From contig NIVC01000168.1 of the NCBI GenBank assembly GCA_002269645.1, positions 413,297 to 477,296 on the forward strand: DNA of 64,000 bases. Direction: 5' to 3'. Origin of the DNA: Macrostomum lignano. Taxonomy: Eukaryota. The position numbers were made by a program, and so were the translations under genes. Below the pieces are notes generated by a model that worked only from the letters and a program-made list of their open reading frames with translations, was not told the DNA's origin and made no database searches. Shown here one piece after another: positions 13,817 to 23,192 of this stretch. Positions within the stretch are counted from its first letter, which is position 1; every line of letters begins with the position of its first letter.

Positions 13817-13989
13817 CTGGCATATACCATATATTCCCCATTTATACCAGTGCTAAGGCAATAAATGCTTGAGTGACAAGTTTATTGACCGAGGCGAAGC
13901 AAACGAATCAAAATCTTTTTCATTAATATTCCACTAATTTTCCAAACAATATTCTACAATACAAACTGGCAATCCAACCCTACAAAACT

Positions 13990-14795
13990 TAGGCTTGGAT
14001 AGCGACTCAGGTGACGAATCATACGTGACTGCATCTGGTGGAGGCTAAAAAGGTCCAGACTGTGAATCCGCCAGACAACATCGGAGCTAACTGGCATGAT
14101 ACTGCACTCCGGAAACGGATAATCGGCCCAAAGCACTTCCCGAGTTTCTCGGCTCGCTTGGTCTGCGTCCGGATTTTCTTGTGCCGGACAACATTGAAAA
14201 TTGCATGGCTGCCATCCTTGGTCAGTTTCTTCCCGACAGTCTTCTGCAAAGTTTGTGCGCCTGGACAACCGCCAGAGCAGACAGGGCTGTTACGCATAGT
14301 CAACAAGAAAACGGAGAGCTGCCATGGAAGCTCCTAAATTGGAAGCCAGCATGCAGCCTGAATTAAATGCAGTTTATCGGGATTCCGCTGCACATGGGAG
14401 TAGTACAGAAGCCAGATATTAGCATGTATTGGTCAACCGATCTAATGCATCATCAGGACTTCTTCCTCTGAGTGATGTCTGTCGCGTAGCAGGTTCCATC
14501 TCACCATGACCTGGTTTCGCTGCTACGATTGCACGGAGGTTAAAGAAGCTGATCCGCTGTGCAAGATCGACCTTTTTTAAACAAAGTCCAGTCCATCTGT
14601 CAAAATAAGTACATGCAACTTCAAAATATTTCTGTTGACAAGTCATTGCTCCTTTACAAAGGTAGGCTCACTTTCTTCAGTACATGCCCAACAAAAAGGC
14701 AAAGCTCGTCACCAAGCTGTACTGTCCAGCCGAATCGAACAGTGGCTATCTGTGGAACTTTCTGATCCACTCCACTGCGGCCCAAAACAACCTGT
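13990..14795 (+). pseudogene. Decayed piggyBac (PGBD4-like) transposase fragment
   Basis: Frame-shifting peptides FIGIPLHMGVVQKPDISMYWSTD, RPFLNKVQSICQNKYMQLQNISVDKSLLLYKGRL and QYMPNKKAKLVTKLYCPAESNSGYLWNFLIH match piggyBac motifs (YWS, ISVDESLLLYKGRL, GYxWNFLIY). Multiple stops and frameshifts; no TTAA/TIR found. Confidence 0.85.
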
Positions 14796-15766
14796 TGGAA
14801 CTTTCTGATCCACTCCACTGCGGCCCAAAGCAACCTGTTGGAACTTTCTGATCCACTCCACTGTAGCCCAAAGCAACCTGTTGGAACTTTCTGATCCACT
14901 CCACTGTAGCCCAAAACAACCTGTTGGAACTTTCTGATCCACTCCACTGCAGCCCAAAACAACCTGTTGGAACTTTCTGATCCACTCCACTGCGGCCCAA
15001 AGCAACCTGTTGGAACTTTCTGATCCACTCGACTGTAGCCCAAAACAACCTGTTGGAACTTTCTGATCCACTCGACTGCAGCCCAAAACAACCTGTTGGA
15101 ACTTTCTGATCCACTCCACTGCGGCCCAAAGCAACCTGTTGGAACTTTCTGATCCACTCCACTGCGGCCCAAAGCAACCTGTTGGAACTTTCTGATCCAC
15201 TCCACTGTAGCCCAAAACAACCTGTTGGAACTTTCTGATCCACTCCACTGCGGCCCAAAGCAACCTGTTGGAACTTTCTGATCCACTCCACTGTAGCCCA
15301 AAACAACCTGTTGGAACTTTCTGATCCACTCCACTGCAGCCCAAAACAACCTGTTGGAACTTTCTGATCCACTCGACTGCAGCCCAAAACAACCTGTTGG
15401 AACTTTCTGATCCACTCGACTGCGGCCCAAAGCAACCTGTTGGAACTTTCTGATTCACTCGACTGCGGCCCAAAGCAACCTGTTGGAACTTTCTGATCCA
15501 CTCGACTGCGGCCCAAAGCAACCTGTTGGAACTTTCTGATTCACTCGACTGCGGCCCAAAGCAACCTGTTGGAACTTTCTGATCCACTCGACTGCGGCCC
15601 AAAGCAACCTGTTGGAACTTTCTGATCCACTCGACTGCAGCCCAAAACAACCTGTTGGAACTTTCTGATCCACTCCACTGCGGCCCAAAACAACCTGTTG
15701 GAACTTTCTGATCCACTCGACTGCGGCCCAAAGCAACCTGTTGGAACTTTCTGATCCACTCCACTG
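14753..15766. repeat. 43-bp minisatellite, about 23 copies, derived from piggyBac coding sequence
   Basis: Unit TGGAACTTTCTGATCCACTCCACTGCGGCCCAAAACAACCTGT. The first copy is contiguous with the transposase frame (GYL-WNFLIHSTAAQNNL). Confidence 0.95.
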
Positions 15767-15988
15767 ACCTTGACAAGGCTTCAAATTTTATGCCCGGAAA
15801 AGATACGAGTATAGATAACAACGCAGCAATTAATTTTTGCTTTCTGAATTCGATAATAGCATAGTTCGAGCAGTTTATGGTTGAAAGTTGATAAGATTAT
15901 TATATATTTAAAAAAGATTATAGGCAAAAACTACAAATAAGCTTTATCAAAAACATCTTCTCAACACGGCATTACAGTGACCCCGCAA

Positions 15989-16094
15989 TGCCAGCAGCGA
16001 TAGAAAGTAAATCGAGCACAAGCCAGTGCCCCAGAAATTCGGAACTGGGGCCAGAATTTTCTGACATGGCCGTCATGCGAATCAGCTGCTGACA
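15989..16094 (-). promoter_or_regulatory. SECIS element (type II-like) in the 3'UTR of the SELENOW-like gene
   Basis: Minus strand: helix I UGUCAGCAGC(U)GAU / AUCGCUGCUGGCA; core AUGAC...CGAU; helix II GGCCAUGUCAG / CUGGCUUGUGCU; unpaired AAAA; apical helix GCCCCAG / CUGGGGC. Folded by eye only. Confidence 0.75.
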
Positions 16095-16187
16095 AGGCGG
16101 AGGCCCAGACTTCAGGTGAGCACTCCTACTGAATCAGGGTTCTTACTTTACCTAACAGTACATTGCCCCTGCCTCTGAGTCCCCAGC

Positions 16188-16425
16188 TCAGCCTTTGCAG
16201 GCCGCCAGCACTGCGTCGGCAATCTTCTGGCAATCGGCGGCGGCCGGGAACCGCCCGGTCTGCAGCTTGGAGTACACCTGGCTGCCGTTGATGAACACCT
16301 CGAACTTGGACGTGGCGGTGGGCGTCGCCTCGTACGTGAAGTCCGCATTGTCGCCCGAACCGCCCAGCAGGTCCAGCAGCTCCTCTTTGAAGCGCCGGAA
16401 CCTGGGGGCGTAGCCTCAGGCTCCG
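16188..16425 (-). CDS. SELENOW: Selenoprotein W (Rdx family), coding exon 2; contains the Sec codon TGA at 16416-16418
   Basis: Acceptor ...TTAATCGCAG, then (TG|C) C-G-A-U-GYAPRFRRFKEELLDLLGGSGDNADFTYEATPTATSKFEVFINGSQVYSKLQTGRFPAAADCQKIADAVLAACKG*. The CxxU, FEV..G and SK motifs fit the SelW/MIEN1 Rdx fold; total length 88 aa. Confidence 0.92.
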
Positions 16426-16631
16426 CTGCGATTAAGATTGAATGGGAAATTGACAGGAAACTTATTTCATAATTCTCAAAGCTCTGGGATAAGCGCGAAA
16501 TTGTTCGCTTTTGATCAACTGAAAAGTCTTAAGGCTCAGGTGGAAAACTGCTCCAGTCACCGCTGGCATGAGAAATTTTATACGTTGTTGCTCTGAATTG
16601 TGCCTTCACAAGCTCGTAAAAATTGACTCAC

Positions 16632-16660
16632 CAGTAAACGACGTGCACCTTGACTACCAT
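16632..16660 (-). CDS. SELENOW: Selenoprotein W, coding exon 1 (MVVKVHVVY + TG)
   Basis: ATG at 16660; 29 nt ending TAC TG|GTGAGT; the phase-2 junction rebuilds the Cys codon with exon 2. Compare human SelW MALAVRVVYCGAUGY. A probable 5'UTR intron lies at 16727-16793. Confidence 0.88.
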
Positions 16661-16831
16661 GACTGGGACTGAGCGAGCTTGGTTAGAAATGTAGCGCCGA
16701 GTGTAATTGTTGACTTATTGTGCAGTCTGGAGTATCGGGAAAAGAAAATGAGTTCAATTTAATAGCAGATTTGGCTTGTGATCGCTTGAGTACCTGGCCT
16801 AACACATGGGCTGGGTAGGTGGGACTTCTTA

Positions 16832-17220
16832 GGAGGGGTCGGTCAGAACTGTGTGTACATTGGGGTGGGTGGAGGGGTCGGTTAGAGCTGTGTGTACATT
16901 GGAGTGAGTGGAGGGGTCGGTTAGAGCTGTGTGTACATTGGAGTGGATGGAGGGGTCGGTCAGAGCTGTGTGTACATTGGGGTGGGTGGAGGGGGTCGGT
17001 TAGAGCTGTGTGTACATTGGAATGAGTGGAGGGGTCGGTTAGAGCTGTGTGTACATTGGAGTGGATGGAGGGGTCGGTTAGAGCTGTGTGTACATTTGGG
17101 TGGGTGGAGAGGGTCGGTTAGAGCTGTGTGTACATTTGGGTGGGTGGAGAGGGTCGGTTAGAGCTGTGTACATTGGAATGAGTGGAGGGGTCGGTTAGAG
17201 CTGTGTACATTGGGATGGGT
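16832..17220. repeat. 39-bp G-rich minisatellite, about 10 copies
   Basis: Unit approximately GTGTGTACATTGGGGTGGGTGGAGGGGTCGGTTAGAGCT, with variants. Confidence 0.92.
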
Positions 17221-17961
17221 TGAGAGAGTGCAATGGGGTAGAGGGTTTCGATCAAGATGGTTGGTTGAAAAAGTTTACGCGATGCTATCCTGTTGGCATA
17301 AAGGTAACAAATCACAAAATGAGACGCAATTCTATACATCGGTAGGTGCAGGGCTGGTCTTCAAACAATGTATTTGAGTCGCCGGTTCCTATTACATGTA
17401 TGTTACCATCGCCAAAGGCTGCTGGTGATCTAACAAAAACAAAAAAACTGAAAGAAATCGCGTAAATAATCAATTAAAAAAACTGTTTGTGGACATGGCC
17501 AGGTAGGATTAGTATCGCTCTACGTTCTAAGTATACTCAGCAACATTGATAAGTCGCCACCCTTTGCCCCAGTGAGCATTGAAAAAACTTAAATGCTTGA
17601 AAAATCGATGAAAACCGGGCGGAAGCTTCAATCCATCCAATCTTCGCCCTCCGCTCTTCCCAATCCTCCTCACGCAGCCCAACTCTGCGTCGCGTGGCGC
17701 AAGTTGCGTCACTCAAAAGTCAATCCTGAGCTGGAATTTACTGCGCAATCTCAAAGGTGGCGAATTTTTAATGTTGTTGAGTACAAATCTGGAAAAGCAG
17801 TCATACATAAGGTGAATAAATTTAAGCGCGTTAAGTTAGTAAAAATCGAAGGCAAATGTGAGAAGCAAACTGAATGAACAAAAGCGAAATTTTCTTTGAA
17901 GTTTGCAAAAAATGAGAAAAAAAGGTTTAATTTAGGGATTGGGGAGACTGACGACGTTGAA

Positions 17962-18410
17962 TGGGCCTGAGTGTACATTGGGGACTGGGGAGGGGGCTGA
18001 ATTGGGCCAGAGTGTACATTGGGGACTGGGGAGGGGGCTGAATTGGGCCTGAGTGTACATTGGGGACTGGGGAGGGGGCTGAATTGGGCCAGAGTGTACA
18101 TTGGGGACTGGGTAGGGGGCTGAATTGGGCCAGAGTGTACATTGGGGACTGGGGAGGGGGCTGAATTGGGCCAGAGTGTACATTGGGGACTGGGGAGGGG
18201 GGCCAGAGTGTACATTGGGGACTGGGCAGGGGGGCCAGAGTGTACATTGGGGACTGGGGAGGGGGCTGAATTGGGCCAGAGTGTACATTGGGGACTGGGG
18301 AGGGGCTGAATTGGGCCAGAGTGTACATTGGGGACTGGGGAAGGGGCTGAATTGGGCCAGAGTGTACATTGGGGACTGGGGAGGGGGCTGAATTGGGCCA
18401 GAGTGTACAT
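17962..18410. repeat. 41-bp G-quadruplex-motif minisatellite, about 11 copies
   Basis: Unit GGGGACTGGGGAGGGGGCTGAATTGGGCCAGAGTGTACATT, with four G-runs of 3 or more in each full unit. Confidence 0.93.
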
Positions 18411-18874
18411 TTTGTGTGGCTACTGTGTAATTTGCGTACAAGGTAAGTGAGCTTAATTGCGTAGTAAGTTTTTTTTTGCGTTTCAATTTCAATGCGTTTT
18501 GAGCAGTGATTTTCTAGCATTTAACACAAATCTGATCAGCTCGTGCCGCTGAAGATTTTACTAGTCCGAAATCTCTGCTCAGCTCATTAATAATAAGCCG
18601 CTTGAAACAAAAAGTCAACTAAAAATCTACAGAGGAATGAAACGCACCAACAGCCCCGGGTAAGGAGAAATGCGAAATTAACGACACGAATACAGAGACG
18701 AGCGCAAGCAGAGATCCGGCCTCAGAGAACTGCATGGACGCAAAAATTAAGAACAGAAATCTTCAAAAGAATGAATTAAAAATTTTAAAGATCGCTTTGA
18801 CTGCATAGTTCGTTTGCTGCTTTCTATTAAGACGATTTAAACTGAAAAGTAAAGGCGGAGTGCCGGCACAGCCC

Positions 18875-19287
18875 GAGGATCTGAGAGGCTAGCCCAGCAA
18901 CTGAGGATCTGAGAGGCTGGCCCAGCAACTGAGGATCTGAGAGGCTGGCCCAGCAACTGAGGATTTGAGAGGCTGGCCCAGCAACTGAGGATCTGAGAGG
19001 CTGGCCCAGCAACTGAGGATCTGAGAGGCTGGCCCAGCAACTGAGGATCTGGGAGGCTGGCCCAGCAACTGAGGATCTGGGAGGCTGGCCCAGCAACTGG
19101 GGATCTGAGAGGCTGGCCCAGCAACTGAGGATCTGAGAGGCTGGCCCAGCAACTGAGGATCTGGGAGGCTGGCCCAGCAACTGAGGATCTGGGAGGCTGG
19201 CCCAGCAACTGGGGATCTGGGAGGCTGGCCCAGCAACTGAGGATCTGGGAGACTGGCCCAGCAACTGAGGATATGGGAGGCTGGCCC
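18875..19287. repeat. 28-bp minisatellite, about 15 copies, just 3' of the BTBD9 stop
   Basis: Unit GGCTGGCCCAGCAACTGAGGATCTGAGA. Confidence 0.95.
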
Positions 19288-19395
19288 ATTGTTAATGAAT
19301 TATACCTACTTAGCGGCTGAGCCTCAGTTAGTTACCGTGTAATACGAGTTATTACACGAAATACACGGAAACGGTCAAGCTAGGCCAAATAGCGC

Positions 19396-19926
19396 TCACT
19401 CAGTAGAGCCAGGCTTGGCAGTGGCCCAGCTAGGATGGCCATCGTATTGCTGCTGCTGTTGCTGCTGCGAGCCGCTGGGAGCGGCAGAGGCTGCCATCGC
19501 CGTGGCGGCAGCAGCAGCGCCACCGCTCCGCCCGTGCCCAAAGGACACCAGCGAGCTGGACCGGCTCGCCGGGCCGTCCGCCTGGTCTGCCAGCGCCTCC
19601 ACCGAGCTGGCGCCGTCGCCTTCGTAAGTCGCTGCCGCCACCGTCGCTGCTGCTGACGTGCCCGAAGCTGCAGGCAGACCCGCCTGCTGCTGCTGCTGCT
19701 GAAGCGGCGGCGGCTGCCTCGCCAGGTGGTCGCGCAGAGCCTGCGGCTCGCACGGGCACTGGAAGTGCACTACGTGGAACACCTCGTTGGCAGTGTTCAT
19801 GGTGCCGATGATGCGGACGAAGACCACTGGCCTGGGGGAGAATGTGGTCACCTGCCAGGAGCGACAGGGCGTGCGGCTGGCGTCCCAGACTCGATCCCAG
19901 TGCGTCTGGTCGCAGCTGGTGTCCAC
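19396..19926 (-). CDS. BTBD9: BTB/POZ domain-containing protein 9, coding exon 6 (last)
   Basis: Acceptor CCCCCAG|GTG GAC. VDTSCDQTHWDRVWDASRTPCRSWQVTTFSPRPVVFVRIIGTMNTANEVFHVVHFQCP matches the BTBD9 C-terminal F5/8C-like domain (CKSWQ...FIRIVGTHNTANEVFHCVHFECP), followed by a Q/A/S-rich tail and TGA. Confidence 0.95.
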   Translation of the reverse strand: MDTSCDQTHWDRVWDASRTPCRSWQVTTFSPRPVVFVRIIGTMNTANEVFHVVHFQCPCEPQALRDHLARQPPPLQQQQQQAGLPAASGTSAAATVAAATYEGDGASSVEALADQADGPASRSSSLVSFGHGRSGGAAAAATAMAASAAPSGSQQQQQQQYDGHPSWATAKPGSTE

Positions 19927-19969
19927 CTGGGGGTTAGAGTGGGAGTCCATGTGATATTTTCCTATGTAT

Positions 19970-20916
19970 GGTACACCTGTGACAGGAATTCTATCATGTA
20001 CACCTGTGATAGGAATTCTATGGTGATAGGAATTCTATCATGTACACCTGTGATAGGAATTCTATGGTGTACACCTGTGATGTATTCTATGGTGTACACC
20101 TGTGATAGGAATTCTATGGTTTACACCTGTGATAGTAATTCTATCATGCACACCTGTGATAGGAATTCTATGGTGTACACCTGTGATAGGTATTCTATGG
20201 TGTACACCGGTGATAGGAATTCTATGGTGTACACCTGTGACAGGAATTCTATGGTGTACACCTGTGATAGGAATTCTATGGTGTACACCTGTGATAGGAG
20301 TTCTATGGTGTACACCTGTGATAGGAATTCTATGGTGTACACCTGTGATGTATTCTATGGTGTACACCGGTGATAGGAATTCTATGGTGTACACCTGTGA
20401 CAGGAATTCTATGGTGTACACCTGTGATAGGAGTTCTATGGTGTACACCTGTGATAGGAGTTCTATGGTGTACACCTGTGATAGGAATTCTATGGTGTAC
20501 ACCTGTGATAGTAATTCTATCATGCACACCTGTGATAGGAATTCTATGGTGTACACCTGTGATAGGAATTCTATGGTGTACACCGGTGATAGGAATTCCA
20601 TGGTGTACACCTGTGATAGGAATTCTATGGTGTACACCTGTGATAGGAGTTCTATGGTGTACACCTCTGATAGGAATTCTATGGTGTACACCTGTGATAG
20701 GAATTCTATGGTGTACACCTGTGACAGGAATTCTATCATGCACACCTGTGATAGGAATTCTATGGTGTACACCTGTGATAGGAATTCTATGGTGTACACC
20801 TGTGATAGGAATTCTATGGTGTACACCTGTGATAGGTATTCTATGGTGTACACCTGTGACAGGAATTCTATCATGCACACCTGTGATAGGAATTCTATCT
20901 TGTACACCTGTAATAG
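19970..20916. repeat. 27-bp minisatellite, about 35 copies, filling BTBD9 intron 5
   Basis: Unit GATAGGAATTCTATGGTGTACACCTGT; on the sense (minus) strand it reads ...TTCCTATCACAG|GTGTACACCATAGAA. Confidence 0.97.
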
Positions 20917-20992
20917 AAGTCCAACTAACAATTGCGAATTCTAAGGAAACGTCCTGGCAGCAACAATCCCAAAAAAAAGACAGCCCACTAAC

Positions 20993-21433
20993 AGTGTAGG
21001 AGTAGGCTCTCTGGTCCAGATCCCACAGAAGCAGCTGCATGGAGCCGATGTAGTAGGGCTGGGACAGCTGCACAACAATGGCGCCATTGCCCAGCTGGTG
21101 GCAGGTGTAGCCGGAGTCCCAGTCGTAATTCTTTGTGTCGCCGTTAATTAGAGCGTTGCGCAACCTGCTAACGCCTTCGATAACGCAGGCGGACTTTGCT
21201 ACGGTAGCCACATTCTCCTCCGGCGTTATGAGCCCGTCAGTGAGCACGAACTGGCGTCTGGTGTAGAAAGCCTCCAGCGCCACACAGTGGAACACCCGGT
21301 TGACTGTGTTGTGCGTGCCCACTATGCGGATGTACCGCACCACCCGCTCGGGGAAGTACAGCTCCTGCCAGCTGCGGCACAGGTAGGCCCGGTGGTCGAT
21401 CACCTGGACCCAATCCGTCTCGTTGATGCTCAC
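20993..21433 (-). CDS. BTBD9: BTBD9 coding exon 5
   Basis: 147 codons, VSINETDWVQVIDHRAYLCRSWQELYFPERVVRYIRIVGTHNTVNRVFH...GDTKNYDWDSGYTCHQLG...RAYSYT; CAG acceptor and ACT|GTTAGT donor, phase 0. Confidence 0.97.
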
Positions 21434-21467
21434 CTGATGGTGTTGGGGAGGGGGCTATTTATTGAGC

Positions 21468-22040
21468 CTCACCTTACTATAGTAGCTATGACTCACTTCA
21501 GTATAGTAGCTATATGAATCACCTCAGTATAGCAGCTATATGACTCACCTCAGTATAGCAGCTATATGACTCACCTCAGTATAGCAGCTATATGACTCAC
21601 CTCAGTATAGCAGCTATATGACTCACCTCAGTATAGCAGCTATATGACTCACCTCAGTATAGCAGCTATATGACTCACCTCAGTATAGCAGCTATATGAC
21701 TCACCTCAGTATAGCAGCTATATGACTCACCTCAGTATAGTATTGAAGCTATATGACTCACCTCAGTATAGCAGCTATATGACTCACCTCAGTATAGCAG
21801 CTATATGACTCACCTCAGTATAGTATTGAAGCTATATGACTCACCTCAGTATAGCAGCTATATGACTCACCTCAGTATAGCAGCTATATGACTCACCTCA
21901 GTATAGCAGCTATATGACTCACCTTAGTATAGTAGCTATTTAGTTATAGATGACTCACCGGCATATGGTAGCTATGATTTACCCCAAAATAACTCACCCC
22001 AACATAGTAGCTATATGACTCACCTCAATATAGTAACTAT
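21468..22040. repeat. 26-bp minisatellite in BTBD9 intron 4, made of copies of the exon 4 donor junction
   Basis: Unit TGACTCACCTCAGTATAGCAGCTATA; sense strand TATAGCTGCTATACTGAG|GTGAGTCA; about 18 GTGAGT copies. Confidence 0.95.
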
Positions 22041-22311
22041 AGGACCTGGTGTCCTTGTCCCACAGAAGCAGTCGCAGCAGGTTAATGATGGAAGGTTGGC
22101 CGAGCTTTACTACAATGCAGCCATTCTTATCATCTATTGGGTGCCGAGTGAAGCCGCGGTCCAGATCGTAGTTGACGGTGTCCCCGTCCAGCAGGACGAC
22201 CCGGCACTCGCCTTTGGTCACCTGGGCGCCGTGGCGGATAGTGGCCAGGTTTTCCTCGGGCAGCAGGATGCCTCGATACCGGAGTTCGCAGTCCTTGCGA
22301 GCGTTTTTCTC
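22024..22311 (-). CDS. BTBD9: BTBD9 coding exon 4
   Basis: 96 codons, EKNARKDCELRYRGILLPEENLAT...LLDGDTVNYDLDRGFTRHPIDD...KLGQPSIINLLRLLLWDKDTRSYSYYIE; CACAG acceptor and GAG|GTGAGT donor. Confidence 0.97.
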
Positions 22312-22328
22312 CTGTGGGCGGTTTAAAT

Positions 22329-23192
22329 CAGGTGATTAGAATCCCCAGGCGATTAGAATCCCCAGGCGATTAGAATCCCCAGGCGATTAGAATCCCCAGG
22401 CGATTTAGAATCCCCAATGCGATTAGAATCCTCAGGTGATTAGAATCCCCAGGCGATTAGAATCCCCAGGCGATCAGAATCCTCAGGTGATTAGAATCCT
22501 CAGGCAATTAGAATTTTAGGTGATTAGAATCCTCAGGTGATGGTTAGAATCCTCAGGTGATGATTAGAATCCTCGTGCAATGGCTAGAATCCACAGGTGA
22601 TGCTCAGAGTCATCAGGTGATTAGAATCCTCAGGTGATGGTTAGAATCCTTAGGTAATGATTAGAATCCTCAGGTAATGATTAGAATCCTCAGGTGATGA
22701 TTAGAATCCTCAGGTGATGATTAGAATCCACAGGTGATGCTCAGAGTCATCAGGTGATTAGAATCCTCAGGTGATTAGAATCCTCAGGCAATTAGAATTT
22801 TAGGTGATTAGAATCCTCAGGTGATAGTTAGAATCCTCAGGTGATGATAAGAATCCTCGTGCAATGGCTAGAATCCACAGGTGATGCTCAGAGTCATCAG
22901 GTGATTAGAATCCTCAGGTGATGGTTAGAATCCTTAGGTAATGATTAGAATCCTCAGGTAATGATTAGAATCCTCAGGTGATGATTAGAATCCTCAGGTG
23001 ATGATTAGAATCCACAGGTGATGCTCAGAGTCATCAGGTGATTAGAATCCTCAGGTGATGGTTAGAATCCTTAGGTAATGATTAGAATCCTCAGGTGATG
23101 GTTAGAATCCTTAGGTAATGATCAGAATCCTCGGGTGATGATTAGAATCCTTAGGTAATGATTAGAATCCTCAGGTGATGATTAGAATCCTC
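22329..23192. repeat. 17-20-bp variable minisatellite with higher-order blocks in BTBD9 intron 3
   Basis: Core GATTAGAATCCTCAGGTGAT; longer blocks such as GCAATGGCTAGAATCCACAGGTGATGCTCAGAGTCATC recur. Confidence 0.93.

Noticed and set aside
14654-15821. Long repetitive minus-strand ORFs
   Set aside because: They are by-products of the 43-bp array, open in several frames at once.
16416-16418. TGA as a pseudogenising stop or sequencing error
   Set aside because: It falls exactly on the CxxU position of SelW, the downstream sequence is conserved, and a SECIS-like structure follows.
17751-19289. Pro-rich and other repeat ORFs
   Set aside because: They are translations of the 41-bp and 28-bp arrays in multiple frames, with no coding signature.
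20062-20999. Repeat ORFs (VYTIEFLSQ, TGVHHRIPI, MVYTCDRNS) as proteins
   Set aside because: A 27-bp unit keeps frames open trivially, and the region is BTBD9 intron 5. It is retained only as a decoy-acceptor finding.
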